This document shows, piece after piece, positions 8,028 through 16,768 of a DNA stretch of 32,153 bases. Location: positions 1-32,153 of the forward strand of contig JACNKJ010000218.1 of the NCBI GenBank assembly GCA_014382085.1, given 5' to 3'. The notes below the pieces were generated by a model. It did no database searches, had not been told where the DNA came from, and was given only the letters and a program-made list of their open reading frames with translations. Each line of letters starts with the position of its first letter. Within the stretch, counting starts at the first letter, position 1. Both the position numbers and the translations under genes were made by a program. Source of the DNA: a bacterium (GTDB lineage: Bacteria > Krumholzibacteriota > Krumholzibacteriia > JACNKJ01).

Positions 8028-9092
8028 CTAGCCCAGAACCAGCTGGGCTTTCATGGGATCCTGAAGACGAGGTACGGCGTCGGAAATATTCACCACACCC
8101 TCCATCATCAGGTTGAGTAGCGAGTCATCCAGAAGGCACATGCCTTCCTTCGACGCACCCGCAATGGCGTTGTTGATCTGATGAACCTTATTCTCGCGAA
8201 TCAGATTTGCGATGGGATTGTTCACGAGCAGTATTTCACGCGCGGCAACGCGTCCATCCGTATCGCAACGAGGCAGCAGAACCTGTGAGATGACGCAGCG
8301 AAGTGTTAGCGCAAGACGAGTTCGCACTTCGGGCTGATCCTCCAAGGGAAAAACGTCGATAATTCGATTGAGGGTTTTCGCAGCCGACTGAGTGGCAAGG
8401 GTGCTTATGACAACATTGCCCGTTTCGGCTGCCGTCAGGGCGATCTCGATGGTTTCCCTGTCACGCATTTCCCCCACGAAGATTACGTGGGGCATCTGAC
8501 GTAGAGCGCCTTTAAGTCCCACCAGATAGTCTTTCGTGTCGATGCCGATTTCACGCTGGTCGACAACGCAAACCTTCGAGTCCAACCTGAACTCGATGGG
8601 GTCTTCGATGGTAACAATGTGCTTGGCTACATGATGTTCATTGTTCAGGTACTCAAGGAAAGCCGCCACGGTCGATGACTTTCCCGCACCCGTTGCGCCG
8701 GTCACGAGAATCAAGCCGTTGGGGATCGACGCGAGCTTCTTGATGAAATGCTCGGACAAGCCCAGATCCGTGTAGTGAGGAATCACTAAAGGGACAACAC
8801 GCAGGACGGCACCCACGGAGCCCTTCTGCTTGAGGGCGTTGACTCGAAAATTCGCAACGCCTTCAAGTTCATAGGAGCTGTCGAGCTCCCAATTTTCCTC
8901 GAACTCGCGAATGCCGCGGGCGGTGAGAAGCTGATAGGTCAGATCCTCGGTCTCCTGAGAATTCAGCACATGGCCGTCTTCCTTTGGCTGGAGCTCGCCG
9001 AATATATGGTAGCTAACAGGAGCTCCGGCGGATATCAGGATGTCCGAGGCTTCACGCCTCACAGCCTCCTTGAGAACCTCAACGATATTCAT
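8028..9092 (-). CDS. pilT: PilT-family (retraction-type) hexameric ATPase, atypical His box
   Basis: Walker A GATGAGKSS, Asp box IVTIEDPIEF, Walker B VIFVGEMRD, and a PilT-signature-like IANLIRENK (canonical AIRNLIRE). The His box reads GNVVISTLAT instead of GH..F.TLHT. The ATG abuts the pilQ stop. Confidence 0.85.
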   Translation of the reverse strand: MNIVEVLKEAVRREASDILISAGAPVSYHIFGELQPKEDGHVLNSQETEDLTYQLLTARGIREFEENWELDSSYELEGVANFRVNALKQKGSVGAVLRVVPLVIPHYTDLGLSEHFIKKLASIPNGLILVTGATGAGKSSTVAAFLEYLNNEHHVAKHIVTIEDPIEFRLDSKVCVVDQREIGIDTKDYLVGLKGALRQMPHVIFVGEMRDRETIEIALTAAETGNVVISTLATQSAAKTLNRIIDVFPLEDQPEVRTRLALTLRCVISQVLLPRCDTDGRVAAREILLVNNPIANLIRENKVHQINNAIAGASKEGMCLLDDSLLNLMMEGVVNISDAVPRLQDPMKAQLVLG

Positions 9093-10418
9093 CTATTCTC
9101 CACTCTCACTCTCATGTAATACGTCCGAGAGAGCTTGACTTACCGGAACCCTCAATCCTTCATCACCAACGATCCTCGGAGTAACTTCAATCAGCAGATC
9201 CAAGGTAATTTTCTCAGAAGTCGTGTGTGAGAAAAGGCGACCCAGGAAGGGGATCTGACCTAAGAAGGGAACCTTTTTAACCGTGGAGCGCTCTTCCTCG
9301 GACAGGAGTCCACCCAAGAATATCTTCTGCCCGTCGCGAACCCGGACCAGGCTTTTCGCTCGACGGGTAGAGGTCTGGGGAAGATCCTCATCCGGTCCAA
9401 CGAAGCGAAGGATTCTGGAAATCTCAGGTTCTACAAGCGTGGTAATGTGCCCGGAATCTGTTGCGCGAGGTGTGATATTGAGGCGAACACCCACATCGAT
9501 CTTATCCAGAGCGACCGTCTGGAACGCACCCGCAGCAGCAGAGGATTGCAGGGAGCTTATAATTACAGGAACGGTTTCGCCGGCGAAGATCTCTGCAGGA
9601 ACGCCATCGAGTGTAACGATTTTCGCATTGGCAAGCATTTTAGCATCGCCATCGCTGAGCAAAGCGTCGATAGCCACTTCAAGCGTCTCGAACTGACGAA
9701 ATAGTTTTCCTCCATCTTCGATGGGTGTGTAGGCAATATCAGTGGGCATCGCGTCGGGACTGCTGAATCCAGGATTCTCTTCCGTGACAATCGTCGACCA
9801 CTTGGTGAGTTTTTCCCAATCTACACCGAGCTCGACCAATCGATTGGTATTCACTTCGATGAGGCGCGTCTCCAGGTAAATCTGGGTCGGCTTCTTATCC
9901 ACATTCGCGATGATTCTCCCAGCTTCTTCCAATTGAGACTGAGTACCGCGGATGATCACACGGTTATTGGCGACGTCGGCGCTAACGCTTTTTGTCAATA
10001 CCTCGAGAATCGTTTTCATCTCTGCAGCATTGGAGTACTGCAAATCGAAAACCTGAGATATCAAGCCGGTGGGCGCTGCCAATCGACCGGGATCTGCAAC
10101 CAGTATCGAAGAACCTACTCTTTCGAAGCCAAGACCGGCGGCACGAACGACAAGGTTGAATGCCTCGTCAAATGGCGTGTCCTCCAGGTGAATGGAAATC
10201 TTTCGCGACTGAACTTCGGGACTCGTGATGATATTGAGGCCACTTCGGTTCGCCAGGATCTCGAGGATTTCATTAACAGAAGTACTATCCGCACTCAGTG
10301 ACACCACGGTGGGCTGCGGAGCTAAATCCCCAAAGGAGGGAATTGCCGCAAAAAGCATCGCCAAAGCGATAACCATCACCCGCTGGACAATGTGGCAAAT
10401 AGGAATCGGAGCTTTCAT
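9093..10418 (-). CDS. pilQ: Type IV pilus secretin (short, 441 aa)
   Basis: Signal peptide. An N0/STN-like segment (ILEILANRSGLNIITSPEV...ISIHLEDTPFDEAFNLVVRAAGLGF). Secretin domain (AKIVTLDGVPAEIFAGETVPV, GVRLNITPRA, VRVRDGQKIFLGGLL, VKKVPFLGQIPFLGRLF). AGGAGG lies 7 nt upstream of the ATG. Confidence 0.9.
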   Translation of the reverse strand: MKAPIPICHIVQRVMVIALAMLFAAIPSFGDLAPQPTVVSLSADSTSVNEILEILANRSGLNIITSPEVQSRKISIHLEDTPFDEAFNLVVRAAGLGFERVGSSILVADPGRLAAPTGLISQVFDLQYSNAAEMKTILEVLTKSVSADVANNRVIIRGTQSQLEEAGRIIANVDKKPTQIYLETRLIEVNTNRLVELGVDWEKLTKWSTIVTEENPGFSSPDAMPTDIAYTPIEDGGKLFRQFETLEVAIDALLSDGDAKMLANAKIVTLDGVPAEIFAGETVPVIISSLQSSAAAGAFQTVALDKIDVGVRLNITPRATDSGHITTLVEPEISRILRFVGPDEDLPQTSTRRAKSLVRVRDGQKIFLGGLLSEEERSTVKKVPFLGQIPFLGRLFSHTTSEKITLDLLIEVTPRIVGDEGLRVPVSQALSDVLHESESGE

Positions 10419-10437
10419 TCTTGAGCCTCCTAGGGCC

Positions 10438-10950
10438 TTATTTATCGAGTACGAAAGACTTGCTATTTTTCGACACGGTCACGGAATTCAGAGAGATGCT
10501 CTCAATAGTCCAACCAAGGAATTCATCTCCCACATGGAGCCAGCCAGAAACCTTGTCTTTTTTACTAAGTTTTGCAGAAGGGTCGACAGTGTCGTAAAGC
10601 AACGCCCGCAGTGTTGGCGGAATGAGTTTTTTAGGCTTGGGAGCCTTCGGGATGGTAGATTCTGAGCCAGTGTTCTTAGGCTTCGGCTCCACCTTTTTCT
10701 GAGGAGGTTGACCGAAGGGATCGCGTCCAGCGTTAACCGCCAGTTGAAGATAACTCACCTTCTGGTTAATCAGAATCGTGTCGGGCTTCCAACTCGAAGA
10801 ACTCGCTCGCAAGTTCTCTGCCGATGAAGAAGCGATAAAGGTGCCCATGGTAAGGGCTTTGTGCCCGCGAGCGCCGAAGAATGCCGCAATGAGTACCAGG
10901 GCTGCGCAAAGCACCAAGAAAGACCTGTTATCACTGTTACTGATTTTCAT
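10438..10950 (-). CDS. PilP-like periplasmic T4P alignment-complex protein
   Basis: Position between pilO and pilQ. N-terminal TM anchor, a Pro/Lys-rich linker (PPQKKVEPKPKNTGSESTIPKAPKPKK), then a small beta domain (VSGWLHVGDEFLGWTIESISLNSVTV). The ATG overlaps the pilO stop (TAATG). Confidence 0.5.
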   Translation of the reverse strand: MKISNSDNRSFLVLCAALVLIAAFFGARGHKALTMGTFIASSSAENLRASSSSWKPDTILINQKVSYLQLAVNAGRDPFGQPPQKKVEPKPKNTGSESTIPKAPKPKKLIPPTLRALLYDTVDPSAKLSKKDKVSGWLHVGDEFLGWTIESISLNSVTVSKNSKSFVLDK

Positions 10951-11477
10951 TAGAGCTTCTCCAGCGGGTCGTAGATGGAGAGGGTCATCCTGGTTTCCAG
11001 ATTCCGATTATCCAAACCCGTATTGATCTTGATTTCATCTACTGTGACTAGACGAGTTCCGCTTTCGAGTGTCCTAATGAATTGAAGTGTTGGATCGAAG
11101 GGTCCATGCACCCTGAGAAAGAACTTGGTTTGGACAAGGTTCGTGGATTCGATGGCATCAACTGCTCTTAACTCCAATCGAACCAGATTCGTTTCTTCGA
11201 TGAGTTTGCCGAGAAATGCAGTTGGGTCTTCCTTAATGAGGGAAGAGGTTCGAAGTCCGTAGTGTTCGAGGTAGCCAAGTAGGCGGCGATTATCTCGCTC
11301 TGAGCTTTGTACTTGAGCCACTTGTCCAAGAAGCTCCATACGTTTGTTCTCAAGCGAGACCAGGCGTTTACTCTTGGGGGTGACAAGCGCCAAATCAACG
11401 GAAACACCCACCACAATAACGAGGAGGGCAATTGCCATGATCTTGGGAGTGATCAATTTCTTCAGATCATCAATCAC
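10950..11477 (-). CDS. pilO: PilO-like T4P alignment-complex protein
   Basis: N-terminal TM (IMAIALLVIVVGVSVDLAL), a coiled-coil, and a C-terminal ferredoxin-like segment (FFLRVHGPFDPTLQFIRTLESGTRLVTVDEIKI). GTG start overlaps the pilN TGA (GTGA). Confidence 0.7.
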   Translation of the reverse strand: MIDDLKKLITPKIMAIALLVIVVGVSVDLALVTPKSKRLVSLENKRMELLGQVAQVQSSERDNRRLLGYLEHYGLRTSSLIKEDPTAFLGKLIEETNLVRLELRAVDAIESTNLVQTKFFLRVHGPFDPTLQFIRTLESGTRLVTVDEIKINTGLDNRNLETRMTLSIYDPLEKL

Positions 11478-12031
11478 GATCCACCTTCCGAGTCATCGCC
11501 AAGGATTTGGAACCTAGTTCCGGATCCACCTCCAACACTCCCCAATCGGAGGCTGGAGAAATCGTTTGAAAGTCGCGGGTCCATTCGCAACATATCCACG
11601 AACTCTGTGAAAACGCTTATCTGAACGTCTTCATGGCCGGTCTCTCCGATGATCGCTAACTTCTTCTTAGTTTTTCCACGCTCAATAGCACCTTCGAATT
11701 CGACTATCTGAAGATCCTCGGTCAACATCTCTGACAGCATGGCGAGCTTTGGCGCCCAGTCGATTCGCTTTGATCGTATCTCAAGCATTTCTCGGGCGCT
11801 GACCAATTCCTGTTCCAAGGCAGACTGATTTTGAATGCGGTCGGTTTGATGGGAAACGATTTCAGATAGAGAAGCGACTCTGTCGTTAATCAGAAATGCG
11901 CTCATAATGAGCGACCCGATCGCTAACACGACGACCCCTGAAAAGGCGGCCAGGATACCGGTCTTGACAACACGTAAACGCGCTGTGTTTCGACGCTCGT
12001 TGAACTCCGGATACAGATTGATGCTAAACAT
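11474..12031 (-). CDS. pilN: PilN-like T4P alignment-complex protein
   Basis: Canonical PilN N-terminus MFSINLYPEF...RR, followed by TM GILAAFSGVVVLAIGSLIMSAFL and a coiled-coil. ORF track start 12067 adds 12 residues. The internal ATGs at 12040 and 12031 fit the family better. It overlaps the pilM stop (12024-12026). Confidence 0.75.
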   Translation of the reverse strand: MFSINLYPEFNERRNTARLRVVKTGILAAFSGVVVLAIGSLIMSAFLINDRVASLSEIVSHQTDRIQNQSALEQELVSAREMLEIRSKRIDWAPKLAMLSEMLTEDLQIVEFEGAIERGKTKKKLAIIGETGHEDVQISVFTEFVDMLRMDPRLSNDFSSLRLGSVGGGSGTRFQILGDDSEGGS

Positions 12032-14786
12032 GTGCAGCATCTCCCCAGCGGCACAGACCCATGGCATTCACATAACTGGAACCGTATCCGGCTATCTCCT
12101 TGCTTGCAGAATCTGACATTCGCAGCCCTTCAGTTGGGTCCAGTAGATGGACCGGCAACTTGATTCCCTCCTGAAGCTTTTCAGGTAAGCCTTCAAGGAG
12201 TGCCCCGCCACCGGACAGATAGATACCCGAAATGTCTTTCGAGTAGCGCTGACGATAGAAGAAAACTGTTTCCGCCATCTTGAGTTTGAGATTATCAATG
12301 AATCGATCCACTGTCTCTTCACTGGCCTTGGGGTTGGCTGCGCCAAAGCCTAGCTTTCGACTCAAAATTCCCCCCGTGTGACTTGTAATGTGAAGGGAGC
12401 TTTGCTTAAAACCGATATCAACAAGGCCAACGGCTTTGCTGGTATCAAAACCAGCGGGAAGGTTGGCAAAAAGTTGGTTAAGACCTGCAAGTAAGTCCAA
12501 ATCTAGAACTCGGGGCTCCAACCCGATTTTTGTGAGTACCCGCAGAGGGAAGTTCTTCGCATAGGTCGGCACCGCTACCAGAAGCACACGATTTAGACTC
12601 ACGCCATTTTCAACGAGTGCAGATGCCTCTCCGAGGATTTGAGCGGCAAGTACAGGACACTCCATAGACTCGATGTCCAGATGTGTTTTTGCTTCGAAGG
12701 GCAATGCCATCTGAAGATCTTTCTCGGACAAGGGCGCCATCTCAACTTCCCTGATGCTTGCATCTCGTCCACTGACTGATACGATTATCCTGCCCATGTT
12801 CCTTTTGTTCAGATCGTTTCGTTCCAGTATATTATTGAAAGCCTCAACGGCCCGCCGCTCCAGCTCTACTTCATCATTTCTGTTACTTGCGGGAGGTAGG
12901 TCTTCTTTGGCACAGATCATCACCTCTTCGAGGCGATCCTTACCCCTGCCATGCACTAGCTTAATACTGTTTGACCCGATATCGATACCGGTCCGCAGAT
13001 CTGTGGACCTGATCATCGCCCCCCCAAAACTGGGCTTCGCTCCAGAGAGCTTCCCTCTTGTCTTTTCTTCTTCTCTGTCAGACGCGCCTAACAAGGCTTT
13101 CTTCCTTGCGAAAAGCTGTCCAAAAGACTTTCGGCTCTTAGCTTGTTTCTTCTTCGGGGCGCCTTCCATGTTCTGGGAGGACTCAGCCTGCATAAGCTGT
13201 TGTATATCTTTACTTTGCGCCGAGATATCGGCAACCATCTCTTTAAGGACAGGCGACTTCTCTTGGTCATTCGTGTTCGAGGAAAGAGGTATTTTTTCCC
13301 GCTCTGTAGTCAATTCCTCCTGCTTTTCTTGACTAGCCCGACTGAACTCTTTTTTACCGATTGAGACTCTGCTATTGGACTCCTGTCCAGATTCGTCGGG
13401 GTTCTTTGTCAAAGGTTTGCTTAAATGATCATTAACTATCGACCCTGGGGCTTGACTGTTGTCTCTTGACACTTTTTCAATGCCCTTGCTTGCTTTAGAT
13501 TCAAGGGAATCAGACGAAGCCCTTGGCAGAGGTTCATTGGCACTGACATTAAGATTATTAGTACTGCTTGGGGCAGCTGGCGACTTAGCCGCCAAGTGAT
13601 CGGCCTCCGCACTTTCTCTTAGCCCTGGCGCCGAATCATTGCCTTGGTCGTTTGCTATAGTGCCACGCCGTAGGTTCTGATTTTCCTGATTTCTTCGAGC
13701 TTCTAGTTCACGCTCAATTCGCGCTTTTGCCTCAGCTTCAGCCTTAGACTTTTCCTCGGCTTTAGCCTTTGCCTTCGCCTCAGCTTTTGCCTTTGCCTCA
13801 TCTTCAGCCTTGGCCCTTGCTTCTGCCTCCGCTTCAGCCTTAGCCCTCGCCTCCTCCTCTGCCTTAGCTTTAGCCTTAGCTTCTTCTTCAGCCTTGGCCT
13901 TGGCTTCCGCTTCAGCTTTAGCCCTAGCCTCCGCTTCAGCTTTTGCCTTTGCTTCTGCCTCAGCTCTGGCCTCTGCTTCAGCTTTAGCCTTAGCCTCCGC
14001 CTCCGCTCTGGCTATAGCCTCAGCTTCAGCCTTAGCCCTGGCTTCCTCCTCAGCCTTGGCCTTGGCTTCCGCTTCAGCTTTAGCCCTAGCCTCTGCTTCA
14101 GCTTTAGCCCTAGCCTCTGCTTCAGCCTTAGCCCTGGCTCTCGCCTCCTCCTCAGCCTTAGCCTTTGCTTCAGCCCTGGCCCTCGCCTCTTCCACTGCCT
14201 TAGCTTTTGCCTTAGCTTCTTCTTCAGCCTTGGCCTTGGCCTTCGCCTCAGCCTTGGCCTTGGCTTCTGCCTCAGCCTTGGCCTTGGCTTCTGCCTCAGC
14301 TCTGGCCTTGGCTTCTGCCTCAGCTTTGGCCTTGGCCTCAGCTTCAGCTTCAGCTTTAGCCCTAGCCTCAGCCCTGGCCCTCGCCTCTGCCTCATCTCTA
14401 GCTCTAGCCTCGGCTTCAGCTTCAGCTTTAGCCTTTGCTTCTGCCTCAGCCTTGTCCTTGGCCTTGGCTTCTGCCTCAGCTCTGGCCTTTGCCTCCGCCT
14501 CAGCTTTGGCTCTCGCCTCAGCTTCAGCCTTGGCCCTTGCTTCTGCCTCAGCTCTGGCTTTAGCCTCAGCTTCTGCTTTGGCTTTTGCCTCTTCCTCTGC
14601 CTTGGCGTTGGCTTCAGCTTTTACCTTAGCCTGAACTTCAGCCTCAGCCTTAGCTTTTGCCTCTGCTTCAGCCTTGGCTTTCGCCTTAGCATCTGCTTTT
14701 TCTTTTGATTTGATTCGACGTTTTTCGAGGAGGTCGGCGAGGCTGCCAATGTCCAGCCGCTGACTTCGTTCACTGGTCTTTCGCAA
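12024..14786 (-). CDS. pilM: PilM (actin-like ATPase, C-terminal ~322 aa) fused to an N-terminal ~340-aa A/E/K/R repeat and a ~230-aa Ser/Asn/Gln/Lys-rich disordered linker
   Basis: C-terminal domain TGIDIGSNSIKLVHG...VGLVDIGFKQSSLHI...IYLSGGGALLEGL is PilM/FtsA-like, and the gene lies directly upstream of pilN. Residues ~27-366 consist almost only of A, E, K and R. TTG start at 14786 with AAGGAGG 8 nt upstream, and no in-frame stop anywhere in the ORF. Confidence 0.85.
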   Translation of the reverse strand: MRKTSERSQRLDIGSLADLLEKRRIKSKEKADAKAKAKAEAEAKAKAEAEVQAKVKAEANAKAEEEAKAKAEAEAKARAEAEARAKAEAEARAKAEAEAKARAEAEAKAKDKAEAEAKAKAEAEAEARARDEAEARARAEARAKAEAEAEAKAKAEAEAKARAEAEAKAKAEAEAKAKAEAKAKAKAEEEAKAKAKAVEEARARAEAKAKAEEEARARAKAEAEARAKAEAEARAKAEAEAKAKAEEEARAKAEAEAIARAEAEAKAKAEAEARAEAEAKAKAEAEARAKAEAEAKAKAEEEAKAKAKAEEEARAKAEAEAEARAKAEDEAKAKAEAKAKAKAEEKSKAEAEAKARIERELEARRNQENQNLRRGTIANDQGNDSAPGLRESAEADHLAAKSPAAPSSTNNLNVSANEPLPRASSDSLESKASKGIEKVSRDNSQAPGSIVNDHLSKPLTKNPDESGQESNSRVSIGKKEFSRASQEKQEELTTEREKIPLSSNTNDQEKSPVLKEMVADISAQSKDIQQLMQAESSQNMEGAPKKKQAKSRKSFGQLFARKKALLGASDREEEKTRGKLSGAKPSFGGAMIRSTDLRTGIDIGSNSIKLVHGRGKDRLEEVMICAKEDLPPASNRNDEVELERRAVEAFNNILERNDLNKRNMGRIIVSVSGRDASIREVEMAPLSEKDLQMALPFEAKTHLDIESMECPVLAAQILGEASALVENGVSLNRVLLVAVPTYAKNFPLRVLTKIGLEPRVLDLDLLAGLNQLFANLPAGFDTSKAVGLVDIGFKQSSLHITSHTGGILSRKLGFGAANPKASEETVDRFIDNLKLKMAETVFFYRQRYSKDISGIYLSGGGALLEGLPEKLQEGIKLPVHLLDPTEGLRMSDSASKEIAGYGSSYVNAMGLCRWGDAAHV
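13689..14708. repeat. About 1 kb in-frame degenerate tandem repeat (GCN-GAR-GCN-AAR type) encoding the A/E/K/R region of the PilM fusion
   Basis: Visible 6/12-nt periodicity (gcctcagcttcagccttagcc variants). The exact 43-mer cagccttggccttggcttccgcttcagctttagccctagcctc occurs at 13889-13931 and again at 14051-14093, an offset of 162 nt (54 codons). Confidence 0.9.
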
Positions 14787-14912
14787 GCAGCACCCCTCCT
14801 TGGGTCAAGCTGACTACCCATAGCATTGTCTCGCGATTAATCGACCAATGCCTATGTGGGCAATAACAAGGAGAGCTCATCCGTGGCAGCACCTTGTCGC
14901 AATTCATATTCC

Positions 14913-15410
14913 TTAGTTGCGCAGTGCAACTGCACTTTCGATGTCGACCAGACTTCCAGTCTCATCATCAGCCTGAAAACTGTAGCGAACCGTTTTCGGC
15001 GCGACCGGATCCACCGCGAATTGGATACTCTGAAGAGTCAATGCCGTTACGCGGGCTCCGGTACTGTCGGCTAAAGTCATGTTGCCATCGTCCCATTCAA
15101 ATCGGTAGATGACATCACCGTCGATGTCTTGAAGAGCTAAACCATCGCCGGTATTCGTCGGGATCGTTCGATTAGGCATAGTGTAGACCATGAACCCAGA
15201 GGCGGTTCTTGCTCTGCGACTGATCATCAAGGAGAGGTAACTGGCTTCTTGCTGTGCGATCACCTTGTGAGCACCAGTCTTGAAGCTTCGATCCACTCCG
15301 CGGTGAACGGCCCCAGCACCGAGCATGACAACAAGCCCCAGAAACGCGTAGATCATCAATTCGACCAGAGTAAACCCGGCTTGTTGGCGACTAGAACGGA
15401 TAGGTTGCAT
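14913..15410 (-). CDS. Minor (pseudo)pilin with a prepilin-type N-terminal cleavage/methylation motif
   Basis: MQPIRSSRQQAG|FTLVELMIYAFLGLVV (G-1, F+1, E+5). GGGAGGAG lies 7 nt upstream of the ATG. It overlaps the upstream gene by 20 nt. Confidence 0.8.
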   Translation of the reverse strand: MQPIRSSRQQAGFTLVELMIYAFLGLVVMLGAGAVHRGVDRSFKTGAHKVIAQQEASYLSLMISRRARTASGFMVYTMPNRTIPTNTGDGLALQDIDGDVIYRFEWDDGNMTLADSTGARVTALTLQSIQFAVDPVAPKTVRYSFQADDETGSLVDIESAVALRN

Positions 15411-16758
15411 CCCAAGTCTCCTCCCAAGCTAGTTCCTCATAGATTCCCGTTTGCGGGAAAAACGGTGGTGTCCTCGCGGTCACACGTGTGTCGTAGTGAT
15501 ATGCTTTTTGGTAACCATGAATGATGTACCCACCCGATGCCTGTCCTACAGCGCCACGGACTTGTTGAATCAGACCACCCCAAATCGTCAAAGTTCCTCG
15601 AGGTGCACCCTGGTCATAGTTTTCCACTTGGATTGAGGTGTCTAAGGCCATCAGCACGCCATTGACAATCAAGTCATTCTGATTTGCAGTGTTGTCGACG
15701 AATACGATGTCCTTCTCCGCCACGAGTCCAAGGAGATCGTCGCAGCCGACTAGGGGCTGACCGGAGGAATCGCTTCCTGCGTAGACAACATCGTCGACAA
15801 TACGAATGGAATTGCGGCTGGAGATGGTGAGTTCGCCATCAAGAACGCCTTCTAGATAGACCTTGTCATTGCCGTAGAAGACCTTGTTGGACATGCCAGA
15901 GATATTGACCGAAGTCCAATCATCGGAGGTGTTGTGTTCTCGATATCGAAACCAGCCAGGAGCAGTGATAGGTGAATCAATACCCCGAACTCCAAGTTGG
16001 ATGTCGGTTTTCGGCGTGGTATAGACTCCGCCGTACTGACCTAGGTTTTTAAGGTCAACCGTCTCCGAAGGCATGGGGATCACATCCACATTTAGCTCGG
16101 CCCCCTCAGCGAAGTAGGGGTTGTTTCCGCCAACCGGCCAATCACTCATTTCATCGATCCAGTAGTTCTTGTAGCCGGTCATATGGTCGGAAGCGCTGGT
16201 GACGGGGCCAAGGAAACTGGGAGTTCCATAGATGCTGAAGGATCCATTGGTGTGCAAGGGACCTTCGATCACACCGCCGGTGAAGTGCCAGATTGTGTAT
16301 CCGCTTTCGGTTTTTTCTTGATTGGTAAACATGGCGTAGAGGGCAAATGAGGTCATACGCACTCTCTGGCGTACGCGGCGCTCAACGCCGCCGGCGTTTC
16401 CAACGCAATCAAGCACAAAACCCTTTTCGGCATCCCAGACTACCGAGGTATCAACAGCGCAGGTTACTGTGTATGTGCCTCCGTCGGGCCCAGCAACATT
16501 GTTGAATATGGTGATATCCGAGGTTGGCGGGCTGTAGAGCTCAGACAGGTACCGCATCGCCAAGGCTTTTGAACCTTCGGCCAGCCAGAAAGCTCGCTGA
16601 GAATTAAGAGAAGCCTGTGAAGCTAGAGTTTCGTGTCCCGCCATTGAAAAGAAAGCGGCACCGACGATGCCCATCGTGAAGATTAAAATTGTCACTACGG
16701 GGAGAACGTATCCAGCTTGATTGGATTTTGCTCTGATTTTCATCTTCATCTTTATCAC
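15391..16758 (-). CDS. PilX/GspK-like large minor pilin (455 aa) lacking Glu+5; candidate pilus-tip protein
   Basis: N-terminus ...KSNQAG|YVLPVVTILIFTMGIVGAAFFSMAGHETLASQASLNSQRAFWLAEG resembles a PilX N-terminal domain. About 380 aa of Gly/Thr/Asp/Val-rich beta-type sequence follow. The start is uncertain: GTG at 16758, or ATG at 16749 or 16743. Confidence 0.6.
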   Translation of the reverse strand: MIKMKMKIRAKSNQAGYVLPVVTILIFTMGIVGAAFFSMAGHETLASQASLNSQRAFWLAEGSKALAMRYLSELYSPPTSDITIFNNVAGPDGGTYTVTCAVDTSVVWDAEKGFVLDCVGNAGGVERRVRQRVRMTSFALYAMFTNQEKTESGYTIWHFTGGVIEGPLHTNGSFSIYGTPSFLGPVTSASDHMTGYKNYWIDEMSDWPVGGNNPYFAEGAELNVDVIPMPSETVDLKNLGQYGGVYTTPKTDIQLGVRGIDSPITAPGWFRYREHNTSDDWTSVNISGMSNKVFYGNDKVYLEGVLDGELTISSRNSIRIVDDVVYAGSDSSGQPLVGCDDLLGLVAEKDIVFVDNTANQNDLIVNGVLMALDTSIQVENYDQGAPRGTLTIWGGLIQQVRGAVGQASGGYIIHGYQKAYHYDTRVTARTPPFFPQTGIYEELAWEETWDATYPF

Positions 16759-16768
16759 CTTCCTCGGA

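Noticed and set aside
13810-14634. 274-aa plus-strand ORF made of ALASASA repeats
   Set aside because: It is the antisense reading of the A/E/K/R coding repeat in the PilM fusion. It has no SD and no non-repetitive sequence, while the minus-strand frame continues into a bona fide PilM domain.
13689-14708. Possible CRISPR array or noncoding satellite
   Set aside because: The repeat has codon (3-nt) periodicity, no unique spacers, lies fully inside a long ORF, and there are no cas genes.
14833-14847. Sigma-54-like GG-N10-GC match and the 10-bp palindrome CGATTAATCG upstream of pilM
   Set aside because: Flanking consensus bases are poor (TGGTCG, TCGC) and such matches are expected by chance. 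It is mentioned only alongside the pilA candidate.
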